NCBI GenBank assembly: GCA_038883655.1
Contig: JAVZLQ010000002.1
Span: 185,625-249,624, forward strand
DNA length: 64,000 nt
Source: Candidatus Bathyarchaeia archaeon
Lineage (GTDB): Archaea; Thermoproteota; Bathyarchaeia; Bathyarchaeales; Bathycorpusculaceae
Reading direction: 5' to 3'
Shown: one piece after another, positions 30,407 through 41,297 of the stretch
Layout: each line of letters starts with the position of its first letter
Numbering within the stretch: the stretch's first letter is position 1
The notes under the pieces: generated by a model
Database searches by the model: none
What the model was told of the DNA's origin: nothing
Seen by the model: the letters and a program-made list of their open reading frames with translations, nothing else
Made by a program: the position numbers and the translations under genes

Positions 30407-31324
30407 CTAGGCCTCTGCTAACTTTCCAATAGCTTCCTTGATGGTTGTAACGGACATTTCAAAACGCCTTCGTGTTTCGGGCTGCAGTTCAAGCTCCAAA
30501 ATCTTTTCAACGCCGTTCCTGCCCAAAACAACTGGAACGCCTATTGCAATATCTGAAAAACCGTACTCGCCTTGTAAGTAGGTTGATACTCCCATTACGC
30601 GGTTTCTTCCTCGCATAACGGCATCAGCCATCACGGCGATTACTGCTGCTGGCGCATAAATCGTCGCGCCTTTAAGCCTTATAACATCCGAGCCGGACGT
30701 CACAGTCAAATTAACTATTTTCTCGATTTGTTCCTTGCTCAGTAAGCGCGTTATTGGTATGCCAGAAACAGAAGCATACTCAATAAGCGGAACCATCGAG
30801 TCGCCATGTTCGCCTATGACAAGCGCGCGTATGTCCTCCCTTGAAACGTTAAGTTCAGAGGCAATGTAAGACCTAAAACGCAAAGTGTCCAATATGTTGC
30901 CCATACCGAAAACGCGGTTACGCTCAAAACCAGACTCCTTGTAGGCAACATAAGTCATTACATCAACTGGATTCGTAACCATCATAATCTTACAATCGGG
31001 TGCATACTTCACAATCTCCCTAACTATTGACCGCACTATCCTCGCATTCTTATTCATCAAATCAATCCGCGACATCCCGGGCTTCCTCGCCTCACCAGCA
31101 GTCACAATAACAAGCTCTGAACCGCTCATCTCGCTGTAGTCGCTTGTCCCCTTTATTTTTCCGTCAAACTCTATTGCTGGCGCCGCCTGCATCATATCTA
31201 GGGCTTCGCCTCTCGCTAGGTTCTCGTAAACATCTATCAAAACAACATCACCTATGCGGTATCTTAAAATGTTGAAGGCTGCTGCGCTTCCGACGCGTCC
31301 GGCGCCAACAATGGTTATCATCAT
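30407..31324 (-). CDS. mdh: malate dehydrogenase (LDH-like)
   Basis: GAGRVG, ARKPGMSRIDL, VTNPVD, LDTLRF, GEHGDSM. Confidence 0.95.
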   Translation of the reverse strand: MMITIVGAGRVGSAAAFNILRYRIGDVVLIDVYENLARGEALDMMQAAPAIEFDGKIKGTSDYSEMSGSELVIVTAGEARKPGMSRIDLMNKNARIVRSIVREIVKYAPDCKIMMVTNPVDVMTYVAYKESGFERNRVFGMGNILDTLRFRSYIASELNVSREDIRALVIGEHGDSMVPLIEYASVSGIPITRLLSKEQIEKIVNLTVTSGSDVIRLKGATIYAPAAVIAVMADAVMRGRNRVMGVSTYLQGEYGFSDIAIGVPVVLGRNGVEKILELELQPETRRRFEMSVTTIKEAIGKLAEA

Positions 31325-31363
31325 AGGTTTAAGATAGGCGTTATCTGCCAAAAATAGGTTTTG

Positions 31364-32701
31364 TTAGATTGTATATTCCTTTTCCTTTTCAACTAATATC
31401 ACTTTGCCTTTCAAATCTCTTATGAAGTTGGCGAAGAGGCTTGGCTTTTCCGTGTGCACGGGAAAGATTTGTTTTGCTTCGATTTCTTTTAGGATATTCT
31501 TCAACGGTATTGGCATTATGTGTCCGGAAACATGCGCGTGGTATTGTGGCAAACCATAATGCTCAAGCCAGTTAAGAAGCCTCTCATAGTCTATTTCCAT
31601 CTCCTCGTTGAAAGGCTCAGACGCAGAAAGCACATAACAGCTTCCAGCTTCTGGCTTAATCTCAACAAGTTCCTCCAAATCGTAGAAGGATAATGCCAAA
31701 ACAGTTTTGCACTGTTGCTTCGAAACTTCGGATGCACTCTTAACTTTGTCCGAGTACTTTTCAATTATTGCGTTTTCCCACTTTTCCCTTACACGCTTCG
31801 ATTTTCGAAAAACCAAAATACTCTCATCACTCAACCGCGGAACCTCTAAATGCTTGTCCTCGCGCAGCGCTTCCATCAAGTAGGCTTGTTTCAGTGAAAC
31901 GGCAAGGCAACGCCCATTGTTCTTGGCGGCGCGGTAAAACGAATTAAGCCTATCAACATCGGTAGAAGCGAAGTCAGCCAACACGATGCCGCTTGCCTGC
32001 CCAACAATTTCGCTTAACTTCCTTTCAATCTCTGCTTCAGAAGAAACATGCGCACCAGTCATATTCGTGGCTTCAGTAATAACAGCCTCGGGTTCAGCTT
32101 CAACAACTTTTTCAACAAAGTCTCCTGTCATCTCGTGCTTGGCGCCATGTGTTCTGAAATCGCCAGTGTAGACTATGCTGCCGCTAGAAGTGTGAATGAT
32201 GAAACCATAAGCTCCTGGAACAGAGTGGTCAACGTGAACTGGCTCAACTTCTAGGCTGTTCACGCAAATTTTCTTTCCAGTTCTAAAGGTTTTGAATTCT
32301 ATTCCTTCAACGTCAAATTCCAAGTCTGCCCTACGTATTTCGCCAAGTGCTTGCAGGATAATTTTTGTTGTTTCACCGCAGTAAACTGGAATTTCACGTT
32401 TTATAAATGACAAGTAGGCAGAATGGTCCATGTGCGCATGCGAAATAAAAACGGCGTCAATTGCACATGGCTCTTCGTCAAACTTGTACGCGCCCTTTAT
32501 TTTTGGTAGTATGCCAAGCTCTTGTAGGTTTTTTTCGCTTCTAGGCGATAGAAATGGCGGCGAATAGAACTTTCTTTTAGCGGCGTAGGACAAGCCAAAA
32601 TCAAAAAGCACCCTAGTTTCTCTGTCTTGGATTAGAATTTTGTTTCCACCAATCTCGTTTACTCCACCGTAAAAAGTTACCGTTGTTTTCGGATTAACCA
32701 T
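31364..32701 (-). CDS. beta-CASP/MBL-fold hydrolase (RNase J-like)
   Basis: GGVNEIGGN, SHAHMDH, DHSVPG, YTGDFR, HVSGH, PVHTE. Confidence 0.9.
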   Translation of the reverse strand: MVNPKTTVTFYGGVNEIGGNKILIQDRETRVLFDFGLSYAAKRKFYSPPFLSPRSEKNLQELGILPKIKGAYKFDEEPCAIDAVFISHAHMDHSAYLSFIKREIPVYCGETTKIILQALGEIRRADLEFDVEGIEFKTFRTGKKICVNSLEVEPVHVDHSVPGAYGFIIHTSSGSIVYTGDFRTHGAKHEMTGDFVEKVVEAEPEAVITEATNMTGAHVSSEAEIERKLSEIVGQASGIVLADFASTDVDRLNSFYRAAKNNGRCLAVSLKQAYLMEALREDKHLEVPRLSDESILVFRKSKRVREKWENAIIEKYSDKVKSASEVSKQQCKTVLALSFYDLEELVEIKPEAGSCYVLSASEPFNEEMEIDYERLLNWLEHYGLPQYHAHVSGHIMPIPLKNILKEIEAKQIFPVHTEKPSLFANFIRDLKGKVILVEKEKEYTI

Positions 32702-32702
32702 G

Positions 32703-34403
32703 CTATTCCCTCATTTTATCTGCCCTTTTACAAGTATTTGATATTATGAGCATTATGTGGGGAAGAGTGAATACGCTGAAAACTTTGGTGTACTTTGGAT
32801 TTCCCGCTTTCATAACTATTTCTGGATTTCCCCCAGCCTTCAAGTAGCCTTCAATGAAGGATTTGGCAATATGCTCAGCTAAACTGCTCTTTGAGAAAGG
32901 CGAAAAATAGTGTCCAGCATAATAGAGGAACTCGGCTATGTCCCATGTCTTATCGCCCTTTCTTGCTGCCTGTTCAAAGTCTAAAAGGTAAATTTGGTTA
33001 TCCTTGCCCACAATAATGTTTTCGGGTTTCGTGTCCCCCAAGGAAACGTCAAGCATGTGAACCTCAGCGAATTTTTCTCCAACTCTCTTTATAATGTCAA
33101 GTTCACTTTTTACTTCATCCGCGGCTTTCGCTTCAGCTATTCGCTTTATCTTTTTCTCAAGGCTCTCGCCCTCAACGTATTCCATAAGAACAAGACGTTC
33201 GCCGTGGTTTACGTGAAGCAGTCTCGGAACAGCAAACCCACGCGAGTGTAGAAATTGGTTTATTGCGCATTCGCGTTCAAGTCTTGAGCGCCCCAGAACA
33301 GCGAAAGTTCTTGTTCCAACAGTCCACAATGTAAGCGGAAACCACTTGAAACTCGACCAGTCCTTAAACCTCTTCGCAACAATTTTCTGTTCCATGCCGT
33401 TAGCTGAAACCGTTATCAAATACGTTTCGTTTAAGACGCTTCCAATTTGCGTAACATTTACCTCGGCTTTTTCGTCCGCTAACAAAACTTTCCTAGCAAA
33501 AGCCTTCAAGTCAAGCCTGTTCGCAAGAGAAACGAGACCGCTAGCCGTTGGAATATATAAATACGCTTGCGGGTCCTCAAAAAAACAGACATCCCGCAGA
33601 TAGTTTTCGGCAAATCTAAACCTTGTAAGCAGATCCCTGTTCTGCATGAAAAAGCTGAAAATTTTCGGAAAAGTTCCAATTAAAGAATTGAACAGAGCCT
33701 TCTGTGCAGTCCTGAAAAGGTTTACAAACCGAATTTTTCGATTTTTAACCTCATCAATGAACTCAGCGGAAATTTTAACGAAGTCGCCAGAAAAGTTGAT
33801 TATGCCATCCCTTTCAAGCTCTTTCAAGGCTTCCAGATAGCCGGGCAAGACGCTGTTCACATTTGCGCTTTTCCTATTTTCATGCATAAATTCTATTAAG
33901 TCTGAAAGCATTAGTGGGAAAAGCCGCGCCCTCGTTAACAAAGCCTCGTACATAAAGTATTCAGGCTTAATACAGATGTTGTAGGATAGCTCTGGAAAAT
34001 CAAGGATTACGTTTTCTAGGATTTCGTGTATTAGGCGTTTTTTCAATTGCACCTCTTGTGCATGCAAATAATTCTCGCCGACGATTGGGATATATGGGAA
34101 AATTAATCCACCAGCTAAGGCTTCGCCTAGAAAACCCCTATCAACATCTCTCTCGAAAACCCACTGGTCAACGGCAAAAATAATGAAGCTTTTGCTTTCA
34201 AAAACATCCAGATAAGTCATCAGCCGCGGTTTAAAATCTCTAATCACAAGTAAAACTTGCGAGGCAGTTTTAGCTTTAAAGGCTGATTGCGTGTCGCCAA
34301 TTATACATAACGCCGTAATATCACATGAGCCAGCAACATACCTACAAAACCTCACTAGACTTTCAGTTATTTCCTTGTCCAAATGTCCCATTTGCCCACT
34401 CAA
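32703..34403 (-). CDS. protein-kinase-like (Kdo/WaaP/Bud32-like) domain fused to an N-terminal nucleotidyltransferase-like region
   Basis: VAKRF, LMEYVEG, GDTKPENI, LLDFEQA. Confidence 0.75.
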   Translation of the reverse strand: MSGQMGHLDKEITESLVRFCRYVAGSCDITALCIIGDTQSAFKAKTASQVLLVIRDFKPRLMTYLDVFESKSFIIFAVDQWVFERDVDRGFLGEALAGGLIFPYIPIVGENYLHAQEVQLKKRLIHEILENVILDFPELSYNICIKPEYFMYEALLTRARLFPLMLSDLIEFMHENRKSANVNSVLPGYLEALKELERDGIINFSGDFVKISAEFIDEVKNRKIRFVNLFRTAQKALFNSLIGTFPKIFSFFMQNRDLLTRFRFAENYLRDVCFFEDPQAYLYIPTASGLVSLANRLDLKAFARKVLLADEKAEVNVTQIGSVLNETYLITVSANGMEQKIVAKRFKDWSSFKWFPLTLWTVGTRTFAVLGRSRLERECAINQFLHSRGFAVPRLLHVNHGERLVLMEYVEGESLEKKIKRIAEAKAADEVKSELDIIKRVGEKFAEVHMLDVSLGDTKPENIIVGKDNQIYLLDFEQAARKGDKTWDIAEFLYYAGHYFSPFSKSSLAEHIAKSFIEGYLKAGGNPEIVMKAGNPKYTKVFSVFTLPHIMLIISNTCKRADKMRE

Positions 34404-34457
34404 ATTTTCACCTAGGCGAGAACCAAAATAGAATTAAACCCATTTTAAAGATATAAA

Positions 34458-35837
34458 TTAATGTCTTTCAAGAATTTGCCCATAAACCCTCAAAACTTTC
34501 AGCACTTTCACAGCTTTCTCAGGCAAGTTGTAAAGCGGAATATCCGTTTTTCCCAAAACCTTGTAGACTAAAGCGAAGTCTTCTCCTCCAGCTGGCACGT
34601 CCACGATGGGCTTTTTCGGATGTTTCGCAGCAATTTTGGGGATTACACGCGCGTCTTCTGGCTCAAAGAAGCAGGATTTAAGCATGTTTATGATTAGGAC
34701 TCCGTCAACATTATCGTCTGCAAGCACCAAATCCAAAATCTTCTCGTACCTTTCGGCTCTTGCGTCGGCAATCATGTCAATTGGGTTTGTTGCATCAACA
34801 CCGGGATATAAGCGTTCAATTTCCTTTCTGGTTTTGTCCGACAAGGTCGCAAGCTTCAACCCATTTTTCACTACAGCGTCCGCTGCAAGAATTGCTGGTC
34901 CGCCAACATTGCTTACTATTGCAATGTTGTCACCGCGCATTGGTGGCTGCTTTGAAAGGGCTATTGCCGCGTCCATGAGCTCTTCCACGTTTTCCACCCT
35001 TATTATTTCAGCCTTTTTCAATGCTGCATTAAAAATTTCGTCTGAGCCCGCTATCGAAGCTGTGTGGGACTTTGCCCTGTGTGCGGATTCTTCTGTTATT
35101 CCGCCTTTTAAAACTAGGACTGGCTTTTTCTTGACGGTTCTTTTGGCTTCTTCTATGAAAGCTCTTCCGTTCTTTATGCCCTCCATGTATAGGCATATGA
35201 CCTTTGTCTCCTTATCCTTGCTTAGATACTTGAGCAAATCAACGTCGTCAACGTCTATTTTGTCTCCCATGAAGGCGAACTTGCTTATGCCAACATTATA
35301 GAAGCAAGCCCAGTCCAATATGCAAGCGCCAACTCCGCCGCTCTGCGAGATAATGGCGATGTTCCCCTTTTTCGGCATCAAATTTCTCTCGAAAGTTGTG
35401 TTTAAGCCGTTTGCGGTGTTTATCACGCCCATAATTGTGTTTGGACCCAAAATTCTTATGCCGTAGTCCTCCTTGAGCCTAAGCAGTTTTTGTCGTTGCG
35501 CGTCCTTGTAGCCGCCAGTGATTATTACAATGGCTTTTGCGCCTTTCTTTGCAATTTCTTCTGCTTGAATTAGCGTGTGCCTAGGCGGAAGCATTATGAC
35601 TGCGAGTTCTGGGATGCATGGCAACGCTTTAGCTTTTGCGGACTTTCTCTGTCCGTCAATGTCTAGAATGTAGACTTTGCCCTTGAAGAACTTCTTCATG
35701 TTGTACGCTACACTTTTAAAGAGTTGTGGAGAACTCATTCCGACTTTTTCGCGCAGCCTACTCGAACCTATTAGAACGACGTTCTTCGGCTCGAAGATGG
35801 CTTCCACTCCGTTCATGATTTTACCTTCAAGCAACAC
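34458..35837 (-). CDS. ADP-forming acyl-CoA synthetase alpha subunit
   Basis: RILGPN, SQSGG, LYMEG, SHTASIAG (phospho-His), NVGG, NPID. Confidence 0.9.
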   Translation of the reverse strand: MLLEGKIMNGVEAIFEPKNVVLIGSSRLREKVGMSSPQLFKSVAYNMKKFFKGKVYILDIDGQRKSAKAKALPCIPELAVIMLPPRHTLIQAEEIAKKGAKAIVIITGGYKDAQRQKLLRLKEDYGIRILGPNTIMGVINTANGLNTTFERNLMPKKGNIAIISQSGGVGACILDWACFYNVGISKFAFMGDKIDVDDVDLLKYLSKDKETKVICLYMEGIKNGRAFIEEAKRTVKKKPVLVLKGGITEESAHRAKSHTASIAGSDEIFNAALKKAEIIRVENVEELMDAAIALSKQPPMRGDNIAIVSNVGGPAILAADAVVKNGLKLATLSDKTRKEIERLYPGVDATNPIDMIADARAERYEKILDLVLADDNVDGVLIINMLKSCFFEPEDARVIPKIAAKHPKKPIVDVPAGGEDFALVYKVLGKTDIPLYNLPEKAVKVLKVLRVYGQILERH

Positions 35838-35894
35838 TTCAATATGATGGAAGGTGAGAAAATACGTTGTTCATATTCATAAATTTAACCATGA

Positions 35895-36680
35895 CTACTT
35901 CTGGGTTACCTTCATATAAGCTAACATGGCAAGCGAAGAGAAAATCAAAGCAAACAAGGCTATGTCAACAATCATAAGCGGGTCGAATGGGCGGGTTCCC
36001 AAAAGCTCTTTCAGTAGGAATGCCCTTGAAAGGTCAGCGCCGCAACTTAATGGATTATATTGCGCAACTAACGCCAATTGCGGAATCGCGTCTTGTATAA
36101 GCTTCATCGGATAAAATACCGTGCTACAGAAGAAAAGTACGTAGTAGACGACTCCTCTCGCGGTTATGTATTTCTCGAAACTTGTTGTTGACACGGCGAG
36201 GGTTATGCTCAAACCAGAAGTGCCGATGGATATTAGGAAAAGGGCAACGATTATTGTTAGAAGTTGAAGCGGGTCTGGAAAGACTCCAGTGTAAACATAA
36301 GTTATGCCAAGTGTTGTGGCTAAAAGCGGAGCCATATAAATTACGCCCCTAATGCCCCCCGCCAAAACCCTTCCAAGAGCCAGTTCCAAACGCTTTATTG
36401 GAAGGCTCAGCATGTAATGTGAGATTTCCCGTCGGATTTCCATGTTTATTTCTCGTCCAATCATGAATGCCGCTGCAAAAAGCGCTGTTATGGTTAAGCC
36501 AGGTGCAAAAAAGACAAAGTAATCCGTTATTATATCCCTATTAACCATTCTTGTGTAGACTACAGCCATTATGAATAAGTCTGCGAGGTTCATGCTTATC
36601 ATTCCGGCAATCCACCACTTGTAGCGGAAGAAATAGCTGAAATCCCTTTGAATAACGTGCAATACTGGTTTTATTGCCAC
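35895..36680 (-). CDS. ABC-2 exporter permease
   Basis: FFAPG, LSLPI, STVFYP, YNPLS. Confidence 0.9.
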   Translation of the reverse strand: MAIKPVLHVIQRDFSYFFRYKWWIAGMISMNLADLFIMAVVYTRMVNRDIITDYFVFFAPGLTITALFAAAFMIGREINMEIRREISHYMLSLPIKRLELALGRVLAGGIRGVIYMAPLLATTLGITYVYTGVFPDPLQLLTIIVALFLISIGTSGLSITLAVSTTSFEKYITARGVVYYVLFFCSTVFYPMKLIQDAIPQLALVAQYNPLSCGADLSRAFLLKELLGTRPFDPLMIVDIALFALIFSSLAMLAYMKVTQK

Positions 36681-37456
36681 CCTCCCCCCTCCAATCTGCG
36701 TTCATGCAAAATGATGCCTAGAAAAGTGAATATTGAAAAGAAGGCAACGATACCGAAAGCTGCCAGCAAAGGCGGAGTAAGCGCTGCAGACTCTAATCCA
36801 GCACCCCACCTGAATAAGTCGGCGGCAAAAGAAAGCGGGTTTATTGATGCGAGTCCACTGTAGTACTGGGGCATGTATGCTACTGGATAAAGCGTGGTGC
36901 TTAGCCGTACTATTAAGGCGTCGGTCACGCCCATCAAAATGTCAAATCTATCCGAGGATTTTATGGTTACAGCCAAAGTTATGCTGAACCCAGCCACACC
37001 AAAAGTGAAGAGGAAAAGCGACACCAATGCTATTAGAAGCTGTAGGACGCTAGAAACTCCGATTAGATAAAGAACAAAAAGCATCATTGGACCCACGTAT
37101 AGAAAGCTCCTTAAGCCTCCGCCGATTGACCTTCCTAGGACTAGTTCTTTGCGTGAGACTGGAACGCTCAATAAGTATTCGATGACGCCGTGGTCAGCCT
37201 CCTCGTAAATGTCGTATCCTATGAAGACCGCTGTTGAATACAACATCGTTATTATTATTCCAGCAGCATAATAGTTGAAGTAGCTTCCGCCAACAGCACT
37301 TTGCACGTTGGGGTCGAACATTCTGTTGACAATCAAGCCGAAGAGTGCTATTTGCGCCACAAACCATATTGCACGCATTATCAAGAGGAACTTGTAGCGG
37401 AGAAACATCTTTATGTCTCTTTCAGCAACCGTCCAAACTCTGCGTAGGCTTATCAT
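36671..37456 (-). CDS. ABC-2 exporter permease
   Basis: EYLLSVPVSR, STTLYP, INPLS. Confidence 0.9.
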   Translation of the reverse strand: MISLRRVWTVAERDIKMFLRYKFLLIMRAIWFVAQIALFGLIVNRMFDPNVQSAVGGSYFNYYAAGIIITMLYSTAVFIGYDIYEEADHGVIEYLLSVPVSRKELVLGRSIGGGLRSFLYVGPMMLFVLYLIGVSSVLQLLIALVSLFLFTFGVAGFSITLAVTIKSSDRFDILMGVTDALIVRLSTTLYPVAYMPQYYSGLASINPLSFAADLFRWGAGLESAALTPPLLAAFGIVAFFSIFTFLGIILHERRLEGGGWQ

Positions 37457-38415
37457 TTCTTTTGAGCCTCTTCAATTGTTAATCCAGTGTAATGCGCAAA
37501 CACATCGTCAAGTGAAGGCTCACTCACGCGAATAGATCTTATCTGCACATGCATCTTCATAAAGAACTCCATTATTTTTGGGAGGACCTCCTCAGCATTG
37601 TTCAAGTAAATTTTTAAGTAATCAGCCTTTATTACCAAAACGTTTACGACGCGTTGGATTCCCTTAAGCTTCTCAACAGTTTCGCTTGAAACAGTCTTTT
37701 CCAAGGCTATTTCGACAACATCTCCGCCTGGTATGCTATCCTTCAACTTTTTAGGCTCATCGCAGACAAGCAACTTTCCTCTATGCATTATGGCGACTCT
37801 GTCGGAAAGCACATCAGCCTCGTAAAGCTCATTTGTAGCAAGTATTATAGTGGATCCTTCATCTCTCAAGTCGCGGAGCATGTTCCAAATTCTATGCTTC
37901 CCAACAATGTCTATCTGAGCTGTCGGTTCGTCAACTATGGCTATTTTTGGTCTCTGAATGAGAATTTTTGCTATCTCAACTCTTTTGCGCATGCCGCCAG
38001 AAAAAGCATGAACGCTCTTAAATCGGTCGTTCCACAACTCAACTTGCTCCAAAACCCAGCGAACCCTCTTTTTTCGCTCTTCCGCTGATAAGCCACAAAC
38101 CTTGGCATGCCAATTCAGAATATCCCATGGCGCATCAACCCACAAGAGCTTAGGTTCTTGAAAAGCCATGCCAATCAATGTCCTAGCCTTGTCAGGCTCA
38201 CGTGTAACATCATAAGGCCCTACAAAGGCTGTTCCTTCAGTAGGCTTAATAACTGTGGTCAACATCAAAAGTGTAGTTGTTTTCCCAGCTCCGTTTGGAC
38301 CCAAAATTCCGAGGATTTCACCCTCCTCAACTTCAAGGTTTAAATGGTCAACTGCCGTGAAATCGCCAAACTTCTTTGTAAGATTAACCATACGAATTAT
38401 AGGCGCCATCACCAA
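37453..38415 (-). CDS. ABC transporter ATPase (DrrA-like)
   Basis: GPNGAGKTT, FSGGMRKR, VDEPT, PSLDDVF. Confidence 0.95.
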   Translation of the reverse strand: MVMAPIIRMVNLTKKFGDFTAVDHLNLEVEEGEILGILGPNGAGKTTTLLMLTTVIKPTEGTAFVGPYDVTREPDKARTLIGMAFQEPKLLWVDAPWDILNWHAKVCGLSAEERKKRVRWVLEQVELWNDRFKSVHAFSGGMRKRVEIAKILIQRPKIAIVDEPTAQIDIVGKHRIWNMLRDLRDEGSTIILATNELYEADVLSDRVAIMHRGKLLVCDEPKKLKDSIPGGDVVEIALEKTVSSETVEKLKGIQRVVNVLVIKADYLKIYLNNAEEVLPKIMEFFMKMHVQIRSIRVSEPSLDDVFAHYTGLTIEEAQKK

Positions 38416-38509
38416 CCCACACTGGAGCAGATAAAAATAACAGACTCAACAGATAAAATTAACTACTTTCATGTGAACTTGAAGTATAATGTTTCGATTT
38501 TTTAATTAT

Positions 38510-39385
38510 TTAGGTTTTGTTGTGTTCTGTAAGTTGCATTTGCATATTCATGTTCATATTCATTGTTTGCCCCATATAAGAGGCGGTTATAGTTTCTTGA
38601 ATGCTGACTTCTATTGGGATACAGGTTCCATATTCCATGTAGGCATACCCGTTTAGATTCATCACCATGTTCATAGTTATGCCGCCGGATGTTACAGTTG
38701 CTTGAACATTACTTGCCCAAACGTCCATCCTAAAAACATTATATAATCCAACATGCGGAAATGTCTTATTTGCAGCCTCGCTTATTCTGTAATTTACGGT
38801 GCCTAGAATGTTGACTCCACTTATGCTCACGTTTAGTGGAATCTGATAACTCTCACCTACCTTCATTTCTTCCTTTGCGAAGTATGACCCATATCCGGGT
38901 ATGCCGACCATTGACTGATAAATCTGTTGCGCATCGGATGGAAGCCCTGTAAACTCTAGTATGTATCCGGTCTTATTCATTTTGACAGTATATGAAAAGC
39001 TCAAGCGCGTCGGCGTATGCATTTCTGCGGTATAATTTATCGTATAGTTTGTTCCATCGAAACTTAAGATTTCCATCTGAATTGTTACAGTTGCGGTTGC
39101 CGTTTGTGATGGCATCCCAGGAGCACTCATTGATACGCTCATTGTGAGGTTATAGGTCATTTTTTCGCCTACGGAGTAATTCATGCCCAAAGGAATTTTT
39201 ATTGCTTCACCAGTTTGCATAAAAAATACTACTGCAAGCGTTGAAGCTATTGCTATAATGGCAATTAACCCAATTACCGAGTATAATTTTCTTTTAGACA
39301 CTTTTTGTGGGGGCGGTGGAGGTGGTGGGAGTATTTCTGGAGGAACACTTGGGGTTTTGGTTGAGGGTGCCTCAGATACTCCCAT
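38510..39385 (-). CDS. membrane-anchored beta-rich extracellular protein
   Basis: Poly-Pro N-terminus, single TM, Thr/Met-rich beta strands. Confidence 0.75.
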   Translation of the reverse strand: MGVSEAPSTKTPSVPPEILPPPPPPPQKVSKRKLYSVIGLIAIIAIASTLAVVFFMQTGEAIKIPLGMNYSVGEKMTYNLTMSVSMSAPGMPSQTATATVTIQMEILSFDGTNYTINYTAEMHTPTRLSFSYTVKMNKTGYILEFTGLPSDAQQIYQSMVGIPGYGSYFAKEEMKVGESYQIPLNVSISGVNILGTVNYRISEAANKTFPHVGLYNVFRMDVWASNVQATVTSGGITMNMVMNLNGYAYMEYGTCIPIEVSIQETITASYMGQTMNMNMNMQMQLTEHNKT

Positions 39386-39450
39386 TATGTTACCCTCAAT
39401 TAAATTTGATATGCCACTGAATATTTAGAGTTTTTTAGTTTTAACGCCGA

Positions 39451-40767
39451 TTAAGCTATTTTGAGATTAAAATCTAAAGCCGTTTCCTCAGCCTTCCTCA
39501 TCGCTTCTGCTTCATCAAATGTTTTTATTTGTCGTTTCTCCATCAGAATTTTTCCATCAACAATAACCGTGTCCACGTCGCTTCCACGCGCAGAATAAAC
39601 CACGCTTGCAAATACGTCATGTAAAGGCTTCAAGTGCGGCTTGTTAAAGTCCATTAGAATTATGTCAGCGCGTTTTCCTATTTCCAGCGAGCCAATAACA
39701 CCTTCCATTTTAAGGGCTTTTGCACCATTTATCGTCGCCATATTTAAAACTTCATAGGCTGAAAGAACAGTTGGATCGCGGTAAGCGTGTTTTTGAAGTA
39801 GGGCGGCAACTTTCACGGTTTCAAACATATCCAACGTATTGTTGCTTGCTGGTCCATCAGTTCCCAAACACACGTTGACGCCCAGATTTTTTAGGCTTTT
39901 CACTTTTGCTGCTCCTAGGCCAAGTTTCATGTTAGCCACAGGAACATGCACGGCGTTAACCCCATGCACAGAAAGTGTTCGCATGTCACTTTTGGATAGG
40001 TTTATGCAGTGCGCTGCAAGGGTATGCACGTCAAAAAAGCCTATATCATCAAGAAAGGCAACCTCGCCAATGTTTTGGAATTCCTTCAATACCGTTTCTG
40101 TTTCAGCTAAATGCATGTGGACACCAACGTTTAATTCGATTGCTTTTTCGCGAACCTTCAAAAGCAATTCTTTGTTACAACTATAGGCTGCATGCGGACC
40201 AAGCATGGCTTTTATCCTGCCAGAAGCATAACCATTAAATTTTTTGACGAAATCCACGCTTCGTGAAAAGGTTTTTTCGCCTAACTCTCGTCTTCCAGCT
40301 TCAATTATGCCCTCTGCCAAAACGCCTCTCAAACCACTTTCAGCAACAGCCCTCGCAACCATATCCTCATAGAAATACATGTCCGCAAAACACGTTGTAC
40401 CGCTCTTAATCATCTCAATGCATGCCAAAAGCGCTCCAGCATAAACGTCATCAGGCTTAAGCCTAGCCTCCAAAGGCCAGATAGTCTCTTTAAGCCATTT
40501 TTCCAGCGGTTGATCTTCAGCTAATCCCCTGAACAGTGTCATCGGCACATGCGTGTGACAGTTAATTAGCCCTGGTAAGGCAACCTTTCCATGTCCATCT
40601 ATAAGCGTTTCTGCTTTTATTCCACTTGTGTGTGAGGCTTTTCCAACAAAAGTTATTTTCCCATCTTTCACGGCTAGCGCGCCATTTTCTATTATGCGCT
40701 TGTTGTCCATCGGCAGAATTATGCAGCCACGGATTAGTATGTCAGCTTTCTCCAAACTGCTTCCCAA
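39451..40767 (-). CDS. amidohydrolase, MTA/SAH deaminase-like
   Basis: PGLINCHTH, GPHAAY, HMHLAET, AAHC, LGTDGPASNN. Confidence 0.9.
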   Translation of the reverse strand: MGSSLEKADILIRGCIILPMDNKRIIENGALAVKDGKITFVGKASHTSGIKAETLIDGHGKVALPGLINCHTHVPMTLFRGLAEDQPLEKWLKETIWPLEARLKPDDVYAGALLACIEMIKSGTTCFADMYFYEDMVARAVAESGLRGVLAEGIIEAGRRELGEKTFSRSVDFVKKFNGYASGRIKAMLGPHAAYSCNKELLLKVREKAIELNVGVHMHLAETETVLKEFQNIGEVAFLDDIGFFDVHTLAAHCINLSKSDMRTLSVHGVNAVHVPVANMKLGLGAAKVKSLKNLGVNVCLGTDGPASNNTLDMFETVKVAALLQKHAYRDPTVLSAYEVLNMATINGAKALKMEGVIGSLEIGKRADIILMDFNKPHLKPLHDVFASVVYSARGSDVDTVIVDGKILMEKRQIKTFDEAEAMRKAEETALDFNLKIA

Positions 40768-40826
40768 TTTTATGGTAAAAACGAAGAATAAAAGCGTATT
40801 ATAAAACTGTGAGGGGATTGGCGGTA

Positions 40827-41255
40827 TTAAATGATGGTTTTCGGTTCCTCAATTTTCTTCATTAGGGAAGGCCTGATATGCGCTTGTGGTGGCTGTGGGA
40901 TTCCCTCTTCTTCGGTTATGACTTTGGGCAGTCCATTTGTGCCTATTTTTCTGCATATGAAGTTAAGCGAGTCCTCTGTGAAGTTCAGCAGGTTTCGTCC
41001 TTCAACTGTTAGCTTGTAAACTTTTCTGGGCCTTTCGCTATCCATGTTCCACTCGCTTTTCACATAGCCCTTCTTCTCCAAAGTGTTCAACAGCGGATAG
41101 ATTGTGCTTGGTCCGAAGTATACGCCGAAGTTTTTGCGTATGCGTGTTATTATTTGGTAGCCGTGCATCGGTTGGCTGCTTAGGAACTGTAGTACTATTA
41201 GGTCTAGTAGGCCTTTCATCAATTTAACCTGAACTTCTTTTGAGGTGTTAACCAT
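40827..41255 (-). CDS. PadR-family regulator
   Basis: PMHGYQI, GPSTIYPLL..LEKKGY, RPRKVYKLT. Confidence 0.92.
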   Translation of the reverse strand: MVNTSKEVQVKLMKGLLDLIVLQFLSSQPMHGYQIITRIRKNFGVYFGPSTIYPLLNTLEKKGYVKSEWNMDSERPRKVYKLTVEGRNLLNFTEDSLNFICRKIGTNGLPKVITEEEGIPQPPQAHIRPSLMKKIEEPKTII

Positions 41256-41297
41256 TTCCCCTTTTCCCTTCCTGTATTTTTGTTGTACACGGATACA

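Noticed and set aside
34606-35301. 231-aa + strand ORF and the many similar antisense ORFs (e.g. 1309-1806, 27783-28271, 59858-60355)
   Set aside because: Shadows of well-supported genes on the opposite strand, with no motifs
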